Origin: an uncultured Acidobacteriota bacterium
GTDB taxonomy: Bacteria > Acidobacteriota > Terriglobia > Terriglobales > Acidobacteriaceae
DNA length: 64,000 nucleotides
Reading direction: 5' to 3'
NCBI GenBank assembly: GCA_963800195.1
Contig: CAWCZZ010000005.1
Coordinates: forward strand, 18,483-82,482
This document shows, piece by piece, positions 9,328 to 20,249 of this stretch (positions within the stretch are counted from its first letter, which is position 1; every line of letters begins with the position of its first letter). The notes under the pieces were generated by a model. That model searched no databases. It had not been told where the DNA came from and saw nothing but the letters and a program-made list of their open reading frames with translations. The position numbers and the translations under genes are program-made.

Positions 9328-10002
9328 CTAAGCCTTCATCGCGCCGGTGTACACGGCCATGCCCACAACGGCGTCCACTCCTTCGGCATCAAGCCGGTTC
9401 ACTTCGTCCATCGATCGAATGCCGCCTGCCACAATGAGCTTGCGATCGGTTGCCGCCTTCAGTGTCGCGACCACCTCGAACGGAAAGCCGCTCATCGTGC
9501 CTTCCGTATCGATGTGGGTATAGAGATAGCCGGAGCAGTACGCGCCGGTCTGTTGCATCATCTCCGCTGGCGTCAGGGCCGTGCCTTCCTTCCAGCCCTT
9601 AATCGAGACTTTGCCGCCGCGCGAATCAACCGCAAAGAGCAGGCGATTCGGTGCTGCATAGTGCGCCAGCGCCTGTGCCATCTGCAGATCAACCGCGCCG
9701 TCTTTCAACAGCGCCGAACCGATGATGACCTTCTTGGCCCCCGCCTGCAGCATCTTCGACGCAGCTTCCACGTTGCGAATTCCTCCCCCTACCTGCACCG
9801 GAAGGTGCTGGCAGATGTGATGAATCAGCGCGGTATTTTCACCTTTGCCCATCGCCGCATCCAGGTCGATGAGCTGCACCATCGGATAGGGAAGGAAGCG
9901 GTCGATCCAGTATTGAAGGTCGTCGAATTCCAGCGCCTTCTTTTCGCCTTGCACAAGTTGGACGACTTTGCCGCCCATAAGATCAATCGAAGGAATAAGC
10001 AT
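9328..10002 (-). CDS. hisA: ProFAR isomerase (HisA-type)
   Basis: MLIPSIDLMGGKVVQLVQGE...VQVGGGIR...IVAGGIRS. Last gene of the his cluster. Confidence 0.75.
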   Translation of the reverse strand: MLIPSIDLMGGKVVQLVQGEKKALEFDDLQYWIDRFLPYPMVQLIDLDAAMGKGENTALIHHICQHLPVQVGGGIRNVEAASKMLQAGAKKVIIGSALLKDGAVDLQMAQALAHYAAPNRLLFAVDSRGGKVSIKGWKEGTALTPAEMMQQTGAYCSGYLYTHIDTEGTMSGFPFEVVATLKAATDRKLIVAGGIRSMDEVNRLDAEGVDAVVGMAVYTGAMKA

Positions 10003-10107
10003 TTTTGTCGAGTCCTGGTTTGTCGATTCTGTTTAGTTCTCGCCAGTTGCACACGATGGTGGGAAGGCCGGCGAACTCCACTTGCCGATGCACAGTGCAC
10101 CTCGCGA

Positions 10108-10938
10108 TCAGCATGGCAGCCGCACCGGAATGCCCTCGCTCTGTAACTGCGCTTTCAACTGGCGCACATCGTGAATGCCAAAATGAAAGATTGAGGCCGC
10201 CAGCGCCGCATCGGCACAGCCTGCCTTGAACACATCCACAAAGTGGTCGCCCGAACCCGCGCCGCCGCTGGCAATCACCGGAATGTTCACCGCCCTGGCA
10301 ACGGCTGCGGTAAGCGGACAGTCAAAGCCGGTACGGGTGCCGTCGCAGTCCATCGAGGTGAGCAGAATTTCGCCGCCGCCGCGCGACTCGGCTTCGCGCG
10401 CCCACTCTACTGCGTCGCGCCCGGTAGCGATGCGTCCCCCAGCCAGATAGACTTCGGCGGCAATCGCGCCTTCGGTGGAAACCGCGTCGTTGGAAATGAC
10501 ACCTGTGGAAGCTGACGCGGCGCCGGCCTTGCGCTTGGCATCAATCGCAACAATCACAGCCTGCGAGCCGAAGCGTTCAGCGATCTCTGTAATAATTTCC
10601 GGAGCTTTGATGGCCGCGGAGTTGATGCTGATCTTGTCTGCGCCCGCATCAAAGAGTGCGCTTGCATCGTCGAGCGAGCGCACTCCGCCGCCCACTGTGA
10701 ATGGCACAAAGAGCTGCCGCGCGGTGCGCCGCACCACGTCGATGAGGATGGGGCGTGCATCGCTGGTGGCCGTGATGTCGAGCAATACGATCTCATCGGC
10801 TCCGCTGGTGGCGTGCAGATGCGCAAGTTCGGCGGGATCACCGGCGTCGATCAGATCCACAAACTGCACTCCCTTGACCACGCGGCCCTTGGTCACGTCG
10901 AGGCAGGCAATGATGCGCTTAGTGATTCCGGTGCTCAT
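10108..10938 (-). CDS. hisF: imidazole glycerol phosphate synthase cyclase subunit
   Basis: [26 protein letters not shown]...FTVGGGVRS...IASGGAG. The ATG at 10938 overlaps the hisH stop (ATGA). Confidence 0.85.
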   Translation of the reverse strand: MSTGITKRIIACLDVTKGRVVKGVQFVDLIDAGDPAELAHLHATSGADEIVLLDITATSDARPILIDVVRRTARQLFVPFTVGGGVRSLDDASALFDAGADKISINSAAIKAPEIITEIAERFGSQAVIVAIDAKRKAGAASASTGVISNDAVSTEGAIAAEVYLAGGRIATGRDAVEWAREAESRGGGEILLTSMDCDGTRTGFDCPLTAAVARAVNIPVIASGGAGSGDHFVDVFKAGCADAALAASIFHFGIHDVRQLKAQLQSEGIPVRLPC

Positions 10939-11558
10939 CGCGTGCTCCTTTCGGCCACATAGTCGCAAAAGTTTTTCAACATGCGCAGACCCGTGTCGCC
11001 CGATTTTTCCGGATGGAACTGCACACCGAAAACGTTATCCCGTTCCACCGCCGATGCAAAGGTCTCACCATAAGTCGTGACCGTGGAGACTCCCTCGACC
11101 ACCGGTGCGCGATACGAATGGGTGAAATAAACGAAGCTATCGTCGGGCACTCCGTCCAGCAGACGCGACTGCGCTCCCTGCGTGGTGCGGCGAATCTGGT
11201 TCCAGCCCACGTGCGGCACTTTGAGCGTGGTCGTCTGAAAGCGCTCACACTCGCCTTCGAAGAGCGCCAGCCCCTTCGTGCCGGGTGCTTCCGTCGATCC
11301 CGCAAATTGCCACTGCATTCCCACGCAGATGCCGAGGAACGGAACGCCGCGCCCAATCGCCTCACATAGCGCATCGCGCACCCCGCTGGAGGCAAGCCGC
11401 TCGGTAGTGCAGAAGTGGCCGACGCCCGGCAGCACCAGAGCCTGCGCTTCGCGTACCTGCTCAGGATCGTCCGTCACCACCGAATCCTGCCCCAGATAGG
11501 TAAAAGCTTTGCGAACGCTGGTCAGATTGCCAGCCTTGTAATCGATCAACGTGATCAT
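10935..11558 (-). CDS. hisH: imidazole glycerol phosphate synthase glutamine amidotransferase subunit
   Basis: [15 protein letters not shown]...LPGVGHF...GICVGMQ...VQFHPEKS. Confidence 0.85.
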   Translation of the reverse strand: MITLIDYKAGNLTSVRKAFTYLGQDSVVTDDPEQVREAQALVLPGVGHFCTTERLASSGVRDALCEAIGRGVPFLGICVGMQWQFAGSTEAPGTKGLALFEGECERFQTTTLKVPHVGWNQIRRTTQGAQSRLLDGVPDDSFVYFTHSYRAPVVEGVSTVTTYGETFASAVERDNVFGVQFHPEKSGDTGLRMLKNFCDYVAERSTR

Positions 11559-12182
11559 CTACAAAAGTCCTTTGGTGGATGGCAACATTTCGGCCAGCCT
11601 TTGATCTTTGCTGCATGCAGCTCGCAAGGCACGCGCGAAGGCCTTGAAGAGCGCCTCGATCTTGTGATGGTTGGAACGGCCATACATCGTTTTCAGGTGA
11701 ACGTTGGCGCGCGCCCCGCGTGCAAATCCCTCAAAGAAATCAAAGACCAGTTCGCTCTGCAGATCGCCGACCAGGCGCACCCGCACTTTGGTATCGACCA
11801 CGCATGCGGCGCGTCCACTCAGGTCCACCGCCGCAATCCCCAGCGTCTCGTCCATTGGCATCAGGAAATATCCCGCGCGCAGGATTCCTTTCTTGTCGCC
11901 GAGAGCGCGATCGAATGCTTCGCCCAGAGCGATGCCAACGTCTTCCACTGTATGGTGCTGATCAACATCGAGATCTCCGCGGCAGGCCAGCGCCAGATCG
12001 AATCCTCCGTGTCGGGTGAACAACTCCAGCATGTGGTCCAGGAAGCGAATGCCGGTTTCCACCTTGTAGATTCCCGTTCCATCGATATTGAGCGCGAGCG
12101 CGATCTGGGTCTCCGTCGTGATGCGCTCCAGCTCCGTGCCTCGCGGCAAAGGCTGGGCTACGGTTTTCGCTGTTTGAGTCAT
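11559..12182 (-). CDS. hisB: imidazoleglycerol-phosphate dehydratase
   Basis: MTQTAKT...[16 protein letters not shown]...[16 protein letters not shown]...[14 protein letters not shown]. The track ORF extends further upstream, but the ATG at 12182 overlaps the hisC stop. Confidence 0.85.
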   Translation of the reverse strand: MTQTAKTVAQPLPRGTELERITTETQIALALNIDGTGIYKVETGIRFLDHMLELFTRHGGFDLALACRGDLDVDQHHTVEDVGIALGEAFDRALGDKKGILRAGYFLMPMDETLGIAAVDLSGRAACVVDTKVRVRLVGDLQSELVFDFFEGFARGARANVHLKTMYGRSNHHKIEALFKAFARALRAACSKDQRLAEMLPSTKGLL

Positions 12183-13287
12183 TGCGCCTCCTTGGCGGCG
12201 AAGGTGGGGCGCGGTTGCGGCGTAAATCCAATGCTGGCCAGCGCCTCCGGAAGTTCTCTCAGAAGGCGCTCGGTCTGCAGACGATTGCCAACCGTGATGC
12301 GGACGCAGCCCGCACAGCCGGGATCGCTGTTGCGGTCGCGCACCAGGATGCCGCGTTCGCGCATCTGCTCCACGAGGGCCTTGCGATAGTCGCCGAAGTA
12401 GGCGAGAACAAAGTTCGCCTGCGAAGGCCAGTACGGAATGTTGCGCTCGCGGTAGAAGCTCTCCAGCCGCTTCCGCCCCTCCAGGACCTGCTCGACGTAG
12501 CTGGCGATGTAATCGCGATCGTCCAGTGCGGCGCCAGGCAAGTGAGTGCAATACCGTTCACGTTGTACGGCGAAGCAACGCGGCGCAGCATCTTCAATTG
12601 TCCGGTCGAACCCAGCAGCGCGCCCAGGCGGAAGCCCGCCAGCCCATGCGCCTTGGAAAATGTCCGGCTGATGAAGAGATTGTCAATCTGTCCGAGCTCA
12701 TCGAGCAGGCTCTCGCCGCCAAAATGAATGTAGGCTTCATCGATCAGCACCGCCGCCTGCGGTGCGGCGCGCACAATCGCCAGCAACTGCTCGCGTGTGG
12801 CGATGGCGCCCGTGGGGTTGTTGGGATTGGCAACACAGATCAGGCGAGTTTTCTCGGTGATCGCCTTCATCAACCCGAAGGCCGGAAAATCCAGGGCTTC
12901 GCCGGATTGCACGTAGCGAACCGCCGCGCCGGTTGCCAGCGCGTAGATCTCATACATGCTGAACGTGGGCACGGCGATCAGCGCCTCGTCTCCCGGCTCA
13001 AGGTAGGTCTCCGCCAACAGGTGGATTGCCTCATCCACGCCATTGGTCAGCAGCACCTGCTCGGAGGGTATGCCGAGATGGCGCGCAACCGCGCGTTCGC
13101 CGGGCTCGCGCTCAGGATATTTGTTCAGAGTTTCGGACGTGATGGAGTGCAGGGTTTGCAGAACCCGTGGCGAGCAGCCATCCACATTCTCGTTAAAGTC
13201 CAGGCGCAGTCCATCGCGCCCTCCAAGGGGCGGGTGATACTCCTTCAAAGTTTGGACAGCGCGGCGAGCGCGCAAAAGGTTACTCAT
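12179..13287 (-). pseudogene. hisC: histidinol-phosphate aminotransferase, one frame disruption near 12540
   Basis: MSNLLRARR...LDFNENVDG...CVANPNNPTG...SRTFSKAHGLAGFRLG...[10 protein letters not shown] in one frame continues as [15 protein letters not shown]...VRITVG in ORF 12179..12541. The span length is not a multiple of 3. Confidence 0.8.
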
Positions 13288-14529
13288 TTCTTCATCCTCA
13301 CCCGCACGCTCGCTGCGTGGCCCTTCAACCCCTCGGCTTCGGCCAGCAGCATCACCGTGGGGCCAATCTTTTCCAGGCCTTTGGGGCTCGCTTCCTGCAA
13401 GGTGATGATGCGAACGAAATCGATCACATTCAGCCCGCCGCGATAGCGCGCCACATTGCCGGTAGGCAGGGTATGGTTGGGACCGCTGGCGTAGTCTCCC
13501 AGCGACTGCGGCGTGTGATCGCCGAGGAAGATCGACCCGGCGCATTTCACGTCGTACACGTCTTCCGATGGCACGGTGACGTGTTCTCCGCCCAGTTTGT
13601 TGGTCCACTCGATTGCCTGTTTGCGGCTCTTTGCGACCAGCGCGACTCCACGCGCGGCCAATGACTGCTTGGCAATCGCATTGTCTTCGGCCATGGCTGT
13701 TGCGTGCATGATTACGGCCTTTGCCAGCCGCGTGCTCGCCGTGACAAAGATGGCCAACGCTTCCGGGTCGTGCTCGGCCTGCGCTACCAGGTCGCTGGCG
13801 ATGAACTCGGCATTGCCCTCGCTGGCGCAATATACAATTTCGGTCGGTCCGGCAAGGAAGTCGATGCCGCAATCAAAGGCGACCAGCTTTTTCGCCAGAG
13901 TAACGTAGGTGTTGCCGGGGCCCACAATCTTGTTGACCGCCGCAATGCTCTCCGTGCCGTAAGCAAATGCTGCAATGGCCTGCGCGCCGCCAACCCGGTA
14001 AAACTCGGTAACGCCGAGCATCGCTGCGGCCGCCAGCGTCTCCGGCGCGGGACGCGGCGATGCGACCGCGATCCGCTTTACACCTGCAACCTGCGCCGGA
14101 ATCACCGTCATCAGCACCGTCGAAGGCAGCGGATAGCGGCCGCCGGGGGCGTAGCAGCCCACCGACTCCAGCGGGCGAATCGCCTGGCCCACGCGCAAGC
14201 CTGGTTGAATGGTGCGAATCCACGGACGCGGCAATTGCCACTCGGCAAAATTGCGGATGTTTTTTGCCGCCGCCTCAAGGGCCCGAAGGAACTCGGCGCT
14301 CACCATGCCGAGAGCCGCCCGCAACTCTTCCACCGGGACAAGCATCGGCTCACCCTCGCGCCAGTCTGTCGAACTTATGCGCGTAGTCAAGCAGCGCGGC
14401 ATCGCCGCCGGCGCGCACCCGGCTCACGATTTCCGCAACCGTCTTCTCCACCGCTGGATCGAACGATGCGTAGCGATGTGCGAGCGAAGCGACCGCTTGC
14501 GCCGCCTCCTCGCCGCTGAGCAGCTTCAT
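13284..14529 (-). pseudogene. hisD: histidinol dehydrogenase, one frame disruption near 14375
   Basis: ORF 13284..14402 has typical HisD motifs (YAPGGRYPLPSTVLM, GPGNTYVT, AQAEHD, GDYASGPNHTLPT). The N-terminal 45 aa (MKLLSGEEAAQAV...DAALLDYAHKFDRLAR) lie in another frame, starting at 14529. Confidence 0.8.
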
Positions 14530-15402
14530 TACATCACCACCTTGTTCAACGGATACTCAACGATTCCAGTGCCGCCCGCAGCCTTCAGTCGCGGAATTAC
14601 GTCACGCACAACCGTCTCCTCCAGAATGGTGTTAACCGCCACCCACTCGGAGTTGCTGAGCGCGGAAATCGTCGGGGAGTTGAGCGCGGGCAGCACGGCG
14701 AGTACGGTCGCCAGATCTTTCTGCTGCACGTTCAGCATCAATCCAACCCGCCCCTGCGCCGCAATCGCGCCCTGCAGCATCAAGCGCTATGTTGTCGATC
14801 TTCTGGCGCTTCCATTCGTCGGCATACGCTTTCCTGTTCGCAATCACCTGCGTGTTGGATTCCAGCACGGTCTCCACGATGCGCAGACGATTGGCGCGCA
14901 ATGAACTTCCCGTCTCTGTCACCTCGACGATTGCGTCGGCCAGCATCGGCGGCTTCACCTCGGTGGCACCCCAGCTGAAGTCCACCTGCACCGAAACGTT
15001 CCTCGAAGCAAAGTATTTCTTCGTTACCTCGACAAGTTCGGTCGCGATGGTTTTGCCTTCCAGATCCTCGGCGCGTTTCACGGCTGAGTCTTCCGGCACC
15101 GCCAGCACCCAGCGAACGCCGCCGCGGCTCTGTTTGGAGTAAACCAGGTCGCAGACAGTTTCCACCCTGCGCCCGCTCTCCACCACCCAGTCCAACCCGG
15201 TAAGACCTGCGTCCAGCACACCCTGCTCCACGTAGCGCGCCATCTCCTGCGCACGAATCAGCATGCATTCCAGCTCGGGATCGTCAGTGGTAGGGAAGTA
15301 GGAGCGGCCGTTAGCGTAAATCTTGAATCCGGCGGCGGCAAACAATGCGATCGTCGCATCCTGCAGCGAACCCTTCGGAATGCCAAGTCGAATCTTAGCC
15401 AT
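14529..15402 (-). pseudogene. hisG: ATP phosphoribosyltransferase (long form), one frame disruption near 14783
   Basis: [14 protein letters not shown]...[15 protein letters not shown]...[11 protein letters not shown] continues in ORF 14529..14783 (C-terminal regulatory domain ...AAGGTGIVEYPLNKVVM). Confidence 0.8.
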
Positions 15403-15742
15403 TGGAAACCTCCGGAGCGGCGGTAAAAGCCATGGGCTTGGTGAAGCAGGAGCGAGTGCCTTCATGGCAAACCAGCCCGTCGCCCTCTACTCGAACCTTG
15501 CAAAGCACCGTATCGCTGTCGCAATCAGTCGCGGCAGAGCTGAGGCGCAGCCGGTTTCCGCTGGTCTCGCCCTTGGTCCACAGCTTGTTGCGGGTGCGGC
15601 TATAGAAGGTCACATAGCCGGTCTGGAGCGTCTTGTCGAGCGCCTCCTGGTTCATGAAGCCCACCATGAGAACCTCGCCGTTGTCGGCATCCTGTACGAT
15701 GGCCGGGGCAAGTCCCCCCATCTTTTCAAAATCGATCTGCAT
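15395..15742 (-). CDS. hisI: phosphoribosyl-AMP cyclohydrolase
   Basis: [18 protein letters not shown]...[18 protein letters not shown]...DCDSDTVL...CHEG. First gene of the operon. Confidence 0.85.
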   Translation of the reverse strand: MQIDFEKMGGLAPAIVQDADNGEVLMVGFMNQEALDKTLQTGYVTFYSRTRNKLWTKGETSGNRLRLSSAATDCDSDTVLCKVRVEGDGLVCHEGTRSCFTKPMAFTAAPEVSNG

Positions 15743-15794
15743 TTGTCCTCTTCCTCTTCGGACTGGCTTTCCTGGAGCATTCGCGCGCAGCGGT

Positions 15795-15833
15795 CAAAAA
15801 AGAAAACCCGCTGGGTTTGATTGCGCCAGCGGG
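15795..15833 (-). terminator. Rho-independent terminator acting as the his attenuator
   Basis: On the minus strand, CCCGCTGG-cgcaatcaaa-CCAGCGGG is followed by TTTTCTTTTTT. It lies between the His-rich leader ORF and the hisI start. Confidence 0.65.
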
Positions 15834-15855
15834 CCAGTGCTTGGATGATTGCTTG

Positions 15856-15936
15856 TTACAAAGATCCACGCGCCTCCGCCGACACAATCGCCGTATGGTG
15901 ATGATGGTGATGGCGGTGATGTAGCAGAGATGTCAT
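15856..15936 (-). promoter_or_regulatory. hisL: his operon leader peptide (26 aa, 8 His in 9 consecutive codons)
   Basis: Hand translation of the minus strand gives ATG ACA TCT CTG CTA CAT CAC CGC CAT CAC CAT CAT CAC CAT ACG ... TAA, which is MTSLLHHRHHHHHHTAIVSAEARGSL. It lies 23 nt upstream of the terminator hairpin. Confidence 0.7.
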
Positions 15937-16084
15937 GTACAACTATCCTAACCAGAGAGCCGCTGACAGGTCAACGGCAAAAAGCAGCAATTCCCTGGAA
16001 ATAGCGAACCGGAAGCAGCCTTGCGCCGTATCCCGGCGCTGCGTCCAATTACACTAGATGGTTGCATTAAGACGGATAGGTACC

Positions 16085-16792
16085 ATGAGCACAGAGACAG
16101 GCGCGGCCATTGAAGCTCGCGGCGCCAGCCGATACTACAAAATGGGCGAGACCACCGTGCGCGCGGTCGAAGATGTGAGCTTCAGCATCGCGCGCGGAGA
16201 GTTTGCCGCCTTGCTCGGCCCTTCGGGTTCGGGCAAATCTACGCTGCTCAACCTTTTGGCCGGACTCGACCGGCTCAGCGCGGGCACCATCGTGGTCGCC
16301 GGACGAGACCTGAGCACGATGGACTCAGAGGCGCTGGCCCGCTTCCGCCGGCTCAGCGTCGGAATGATCTTTCAATCCTTCAACCTCGTGCCCACCATGA
16401 CTCTGGCCGACAACATAGAATTGCCCCTCCGCTTCGCCGAAACGCCCCGCAGTGAGCGGCGTGATCGCGTCCACCAGTTGCTCACCAATGTCGGCCTCGC
16501 CCATCGCAGCACGCACAAGCCCACCGAACTCAGCGGAGGCGAGCAGCAGCGCGCCGCGATCGCCCGCGCTCTCGCCAATCGTCCGGCAGTGCTGCTGGCC
16601 GACGAGCCTACCGGAAATCTGGACAGCCGCAACGGCCACGAGGTGTTGACCTTGCTGCGCGAACTCAACGAGACCATGAGCGTGACCGTGCTGATGGTGA
16701 CGCATGATCCGGTCCTGGCCTCGCAGTATGCCTCCAAGTCTCTACATATGGCTGACGGAAGGCTGGTTGAAACCCTGGAGGCGTCGCGATGA
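16085..16792 (+). CDS. ABC transporter ATP-binding protein (MacB/LolD/FtsE type)
   Basis: GPSGSGKSTLLN (Walker A), LSGGEQQRAAIARAL, LLADEPTGNLD. Confidence 0.85.
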   Translation: MSTETGAAIEARGASRYYKMGETTVRAVEDVSFSIARGEFAALLGPSGSGKSTLLNLLAGLDRLSAGTIVVAGRDLSTMDSEALARFRRLSVGMIFQSFNLVPTMTLADNIELPLRFAETPRSERRDRVHQLLTNVGLAHRSTHKPTELSGGEQQRAAIARALANRPAVLLADEPTGNLDSRNGHEVLTLLRELNETMSVTVLMVTHDPVLASQYASKSLHMADGRLVETLEASR

Positions 16793-18108
16793 TTCGCCAG
16801 GACCTGTTTGAACTTGCGGCCCGCAACATGCGCAATGCGCGCCTGCGCAATGCCCTCACCACCATGGGAATCGCAGTCGGAGTGGCCTCGCTGGTCGCAA
16901 TGCTTTCACTCGGCATCGGACTGCAGAATTTCGCCAATCACCAGCTTATGAAATCCGGAATGTTCCAGACCGTCTTTGTCACCGGCAAGCAGGATATCCG
17001 CAACATGGAGAGGAACTCCGAGCAGAACGCCGACGCCAAACCCGAAGACGCTCCGGCGCTGAATGACGATGCGCGCAGCAAAATTGCCGCGTTGCCGGGA
17101 GTCGAAGAAGTTGTTCCCGAAGTGCGCGCAATGTCCGAGGTGGTCTACGGCGACAAAACTAATTTCACCCTCCTCGCCGGGCTTCCGATGTCGGCTCGCG
17201 AAGAGGACGCGGTGGAAAACGTCAAAGGCAGGTTTTTCAGCGCCGCCAACGCCGACGAAGTTTTGCTGCAGCGAGATTTCGCGAAGCGGCTGGAAAAAGA
17301 TTCTGACTCCGTGCTGGGAAAAACCCTGACCGTGCGCTACGCCGAACGGCAAGCCGGGGAGAGCGGCACCAGTTTCAGCATCGAGCGCAAAGAAAAGCAG
17401 TTCCGCATCGTCGGGGTGTTGGACGCAGAGCCATTCGGCGGCATGCGCATGGCCAGCCGCGCACGTGTTTTTCTTCCCACTCAGACCGCCGAGGAGATGA
17501 ATCTGATGCAGCCCGCGGACACTCAGCAACTGGTCCGCTCAACCGCTGGCGCGCACACCTATTCCATGCTCACCGTCCGCATGAAATCGGCAGCCTACGC
17601 CGAGAAGGTGGAGGAGTCGGTCAAGCAGATGAACTATTCGGCTTACTCCTACCTTGATGCCACCAAAAGCATTCGCCGCTTTTTTGCCGTGCTGGACATG
17701 TTCCTGGGAATTTTTGGCTCGCTGGCACTGGCCGTGGCATCCCTGGCAATCGTCAACACCCTGGTGATGGCCGTCCTGGAGCGCCGCCGCGAGATCGGAA
17801 TCATGAAGGCCCTGGGCGCCAGCGATGCCGATGTCAAGAAGCTTTTCTTCGCTGAAGCCGCAACCATGGGATTGGCCGGCGGAGTCGCAGGTGTGGCGCT
17901 CGGATGGATCATCGGGCGTGCCATTAACTTCGGCACCAATATTTATCTCCACAAAATGAAAATGCCGGCGGAAAATCTCTGGACGATTCCACTCTGGCTT
18001 GTCATCTCCGCCGTTGCTTTCGCCGTGCTGGTCAGCGTACTTGCCGGCATCTATCCGGCAGCCCGCGCCGCGCGGCTCGATCCCGTACAGGCCTTGCGCT
18101 ATGAATGA
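16789..18108 (+). CDS. ABC transporter permease (FtsX/MacB-like)
   Basis: 439 aa with an N-terminal TM helix, a large periplasmic domain and a C-terminal FtsX-type 3-TM bundle (EIGIMKALGAS). Overlaps the ATPase stop codon. Confidence 0.8.
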   Translation: MIRQDLFELAARNMRNARLRNALTTMGIAVGVASLVAMLSLGIGLQNFANHQLMKSGMFQTVFVTGKQDIRNMERNSEQNADAKPEDAPALNDDARSKIAALPGVEEVVPEVRAMSEVVYGDKTNFTLLAGLPMSAREEDAVENVKGRFFSAANADEVLLQRDFAKRLEKDSDSVLGKTLTVRYAERQAGESGTSFSIERKEKQFRIVGVLDAEPFGGMRMASRARVFLPTQTAEEMNLMQPADTQQLVRSTAGAHTYSMLTVRMKSAAYAEKVEESVKQMNYSAYSYLDATKSIRRFFAVLDMFLGIFGSLALAVASLAIVNTLVMAVLERRREIGIMKALGASDADVKKLFFAEAATMGLAGGVAGVALGWIIGRAINFGTNIYLHKMKMPAENLWTIPLWLVISAVAFAVLVSVLAGIYPAARAARLDPVQALRYE

Positions 18109-18148
18109 TCGTGTATCGACATATGTCAATTGACGACTGCGGTGCGAA

Positions 18149-19048
18149 ATGAAATTCGCAAGCCAATGGCGTGCCGTGCTTGCCTGTCTTTTGCTTTTGC
18201 TTTCGCATAGCCTTGCTCAGTCTGCCGCTCCGCAATCCAAGGTAGAGTGTTCCACCCTCAACAGCACGATTCTCGCGCGCCCAGTGCCTTATTGCGTTAT
18301 GCTTCCTCCCAGCTACGCGCAGGATAAGGTTCGCCGTTATCCCGTGGCTTATTACCTGCACGGCTTGGGAGATAACGAGCAGTCGCTGGTGAACCTTGGC
18401 GGCTGGGCGATTTACGACCGCCTGATGCGCGAGAACAAGATTGGTGAGTTCGTGGTCGTGGCACCGGCGGGCTTCGCATCGTTTTACATCAATTCCAGAG
18501 ATGGTAGATTCCGCTACGAAGATTTTTTTCTGCGCGAGTTTCTTCCCGCCATGGAGAAGAAGTACCGCATCGGCACCTCGCGCCGCGAACGCGGAATCAT
18601 GGGTGTTTCCATGGGCGGCTTCGGCGCTTTGCACTATGCCTTCAAGTACCCGGAAATGCTTGCCGCCGTCAGCGCCAACATGCCCGCCCTGATCGAGCAT
18701 CTGCCCCGCCAGTTCTATCAAGAGTGGCAGCGGACCCTGATGGGCAGAATTTTCGGCGATCCGCCTGACATGGCGTTCTATGAAAAGAACTCCGTCTTTC
18801 ACCTGGCAAGCACCGTCTCTCTGCCGGCCCTCAAGCGGATGACGATCTATTTCGATTGCGGCGCACAGGATCGTTACGGCTTCAATGAAGGAACCGTGGC
18901 TTTGGACAAGTTGCTCACCCGGCGTGGGATTCCGCATGAGGCGCACATCTACCCCGGCGGCCATGATTGGCCGTTCGTGCTGGAGCATTTTGCAGCATCG
19001 CTCGAGGCGCAGTCGAAAGCCTTTGGAGTCAGACCCTATCCAAAGTAG
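18149..19048 (+). CDS. secreted alpha/beta hydrolase (putative esterase family)
   Basis: Signal peptide MKFASQWRAVLACLLLLLSHSLAQS, plus YLHGLGDNEQS and the nucleophile elbow GVSMGGFGA. Confidence 0.7.
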   Translation: MKFASQWRAVLACLLLLLSHSLAQSAAPQSKVECSTLNSTILARPVPYCVMLPPSYAQDKVRRYPVAYYLHGLGDNEQSLVNLGGWAIYDRLMRENKIGEFVVVAPAGFASFYINSRDGRFRYEDFFLREFLPAMEKKYRIGTSRRERGIMGVSMGGFGALHYAFKYPEMLAAVSANMPALIEHLPRQFYQEWQRTLMGRIFGDPPDMAFYEKNSVFHLASTVSLPALKRMTIYFDCGAQDRYGFNEGTVALDKLLTRRGIPHEAHIYPGGHDWPFVLEHFAASLEAQSKAFGVRPYPK

Positions 19049-19068
19049 GATGCAGAAGAAAGTAGGAT

Positions 19069-19818
19069 TTGAACAGCATGGCTCCGTCAGCCCAATTCGT
19101 GATCAGCGGCGACGACCAGGTCTTCGTGCTAACGGGTGCGGGGATCAGCGCCGAGAGCGGACTGGCAACCTTCCGCGGTCCCGGTGGTCTCTGGGAAGGC
19201 CAGCGCGTGGAAGACTTGGCCTCGCCGCACGCGTGGAAGCGCGACCCCGAGCGTGTCTGGCGATTCTATTCAATGCGCCGCAAGGCTGCTGCATCTGCCG
19301 AGCCCAACCCCGCCCATCTCGCACTGGCTGAACTGGAGCGCAGGATCGGCCAGCGCTGTTTCCTCTGCACGCAGAATGTGGACGATCTGCACGAGCGCGC
19401 GGGCTCCCGCAACTTCGCGCACATGCACGGAGAACTCTTCCAGTCCCGTTGCGACCGTTGCACCCGCTCGCCCTTTCGTGACCTGCGACTCTACGAGCGC
19501 AAAGCCGACCACCTCGCCTGCGAGTGTGGCGGACGTATCCGGCCCAACATCGTCTGGTTTGGCGAGATGCCATTTCACATGGATCGCATTCTCGAAGAGC
19601 TGCGGCGTTGCACCGTGATGCTCGTAGTTGGAACCTCAGGGGTGGTGCAACCTGCGGCAAGCTTTGTGCAACTGGTCAAGCAGCGTGATTTCCCGGGAGC
19701 CACCCCCGTGCGCACCTACTACGTCGGGCTGGAAGCTCCGGCCAACGCCGCGCAGTTCACTCAGTCTTTCGAGGGCAAGGCTGGCGAACTGCTACCGCAA
19801 CTGCTCGCCCTGCGTTAG
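19069..19818 (+). CDS. cobB: NAD-dependent protein deacylase (Sir2/CobB family)
   Basis: GAGISAESGLATFRG, TQNVDDLHERAG, Zn ribbon CDRC...CECGG, and VVGTSGVVQPAA. Confidence 0.85.
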   Translation: MNSMAPSAQFVISGDDQVFVLTGAGISAESGLATFRGPGGLWEGQRVEDLASPHAWKRDPERVWRFYSMRRKAAASAEPNPAHLALAELERRIGQRCFLCTQNVDDLHERAGSRNFAHMHGELFQSRCDRCTRSPFRDLRLYERKADHLACECGGRIRPNIVWFGEMPFHMDRILEELRRCTVMLVVGTSGVVQPAASFVQLVKQRDFPGATPVRTYYVGLEAPANAAQFTQSFEGKAGELLPQLLALR

Positions 19819-20018
19819 TCCCCCGATTTCGCAAGGGCCTTCCGTCGAATGGATCGTCTGGATGGATCGTCCCGTGCCGCCGCCGCTTCTATTATTGATT
19901 CCATCTTGCACCAAGCCTCCGTAGATTGTGATTGACCTAGGGATGCAGGGCGAACGACAATCTGCTTTCCATCGCGGTCACCACGCGCCGCGCATTCAAC
20001 TCACCCCAGGGGTTAATC

Positions 20019-20249
20019 ATGACGGACACCGAAAAGAACCTGGACCCGCAAGCCGTTACCAAAACACGCCGGCGCCTTGGATTCGTTGCGTGCCTGTGGT
20101 GGATCGCAGCCCTCTCCGGAAGCATCGGCCTGATACAAGGAATCTCGGCTGGCTGGGTTCGGCTTCTCTTCGTTGCTCTGTCCTGGGTGCTCGCATTGTT
20201 TTTCAGCTACGCGTGGTGGGAAGTTCGCAGAGGGCGCGTCCCGCAATAG
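20019..20249 (+). CDS. small two-TM membrane protein (hypothetical)
   Basis: 76-aa ORF with two hydrophobic helices (FVACLWWIAALSGSIGLI and LLFVALSWVLALFF). No homology recognised. Confidence 0.3.
   Translation: MTDTEKNLDPQAVTKTRRRLGFVACLWWIAALSGSIGLIQGISAGWVRLLFVALSWVLALFFSYAWWEVRRGRVPQ

Noticed and set aside
13288-13872. N-terminal 195-aa extension of the track ORF 12259..13872 upstream of the hisC Met
   Set aside because: The extension is Arg/Gly-rich nonsense that overlaps the hisD coding region in another frame. The real hisC start is the ATG at 13287, which overlaps the hisD stop.
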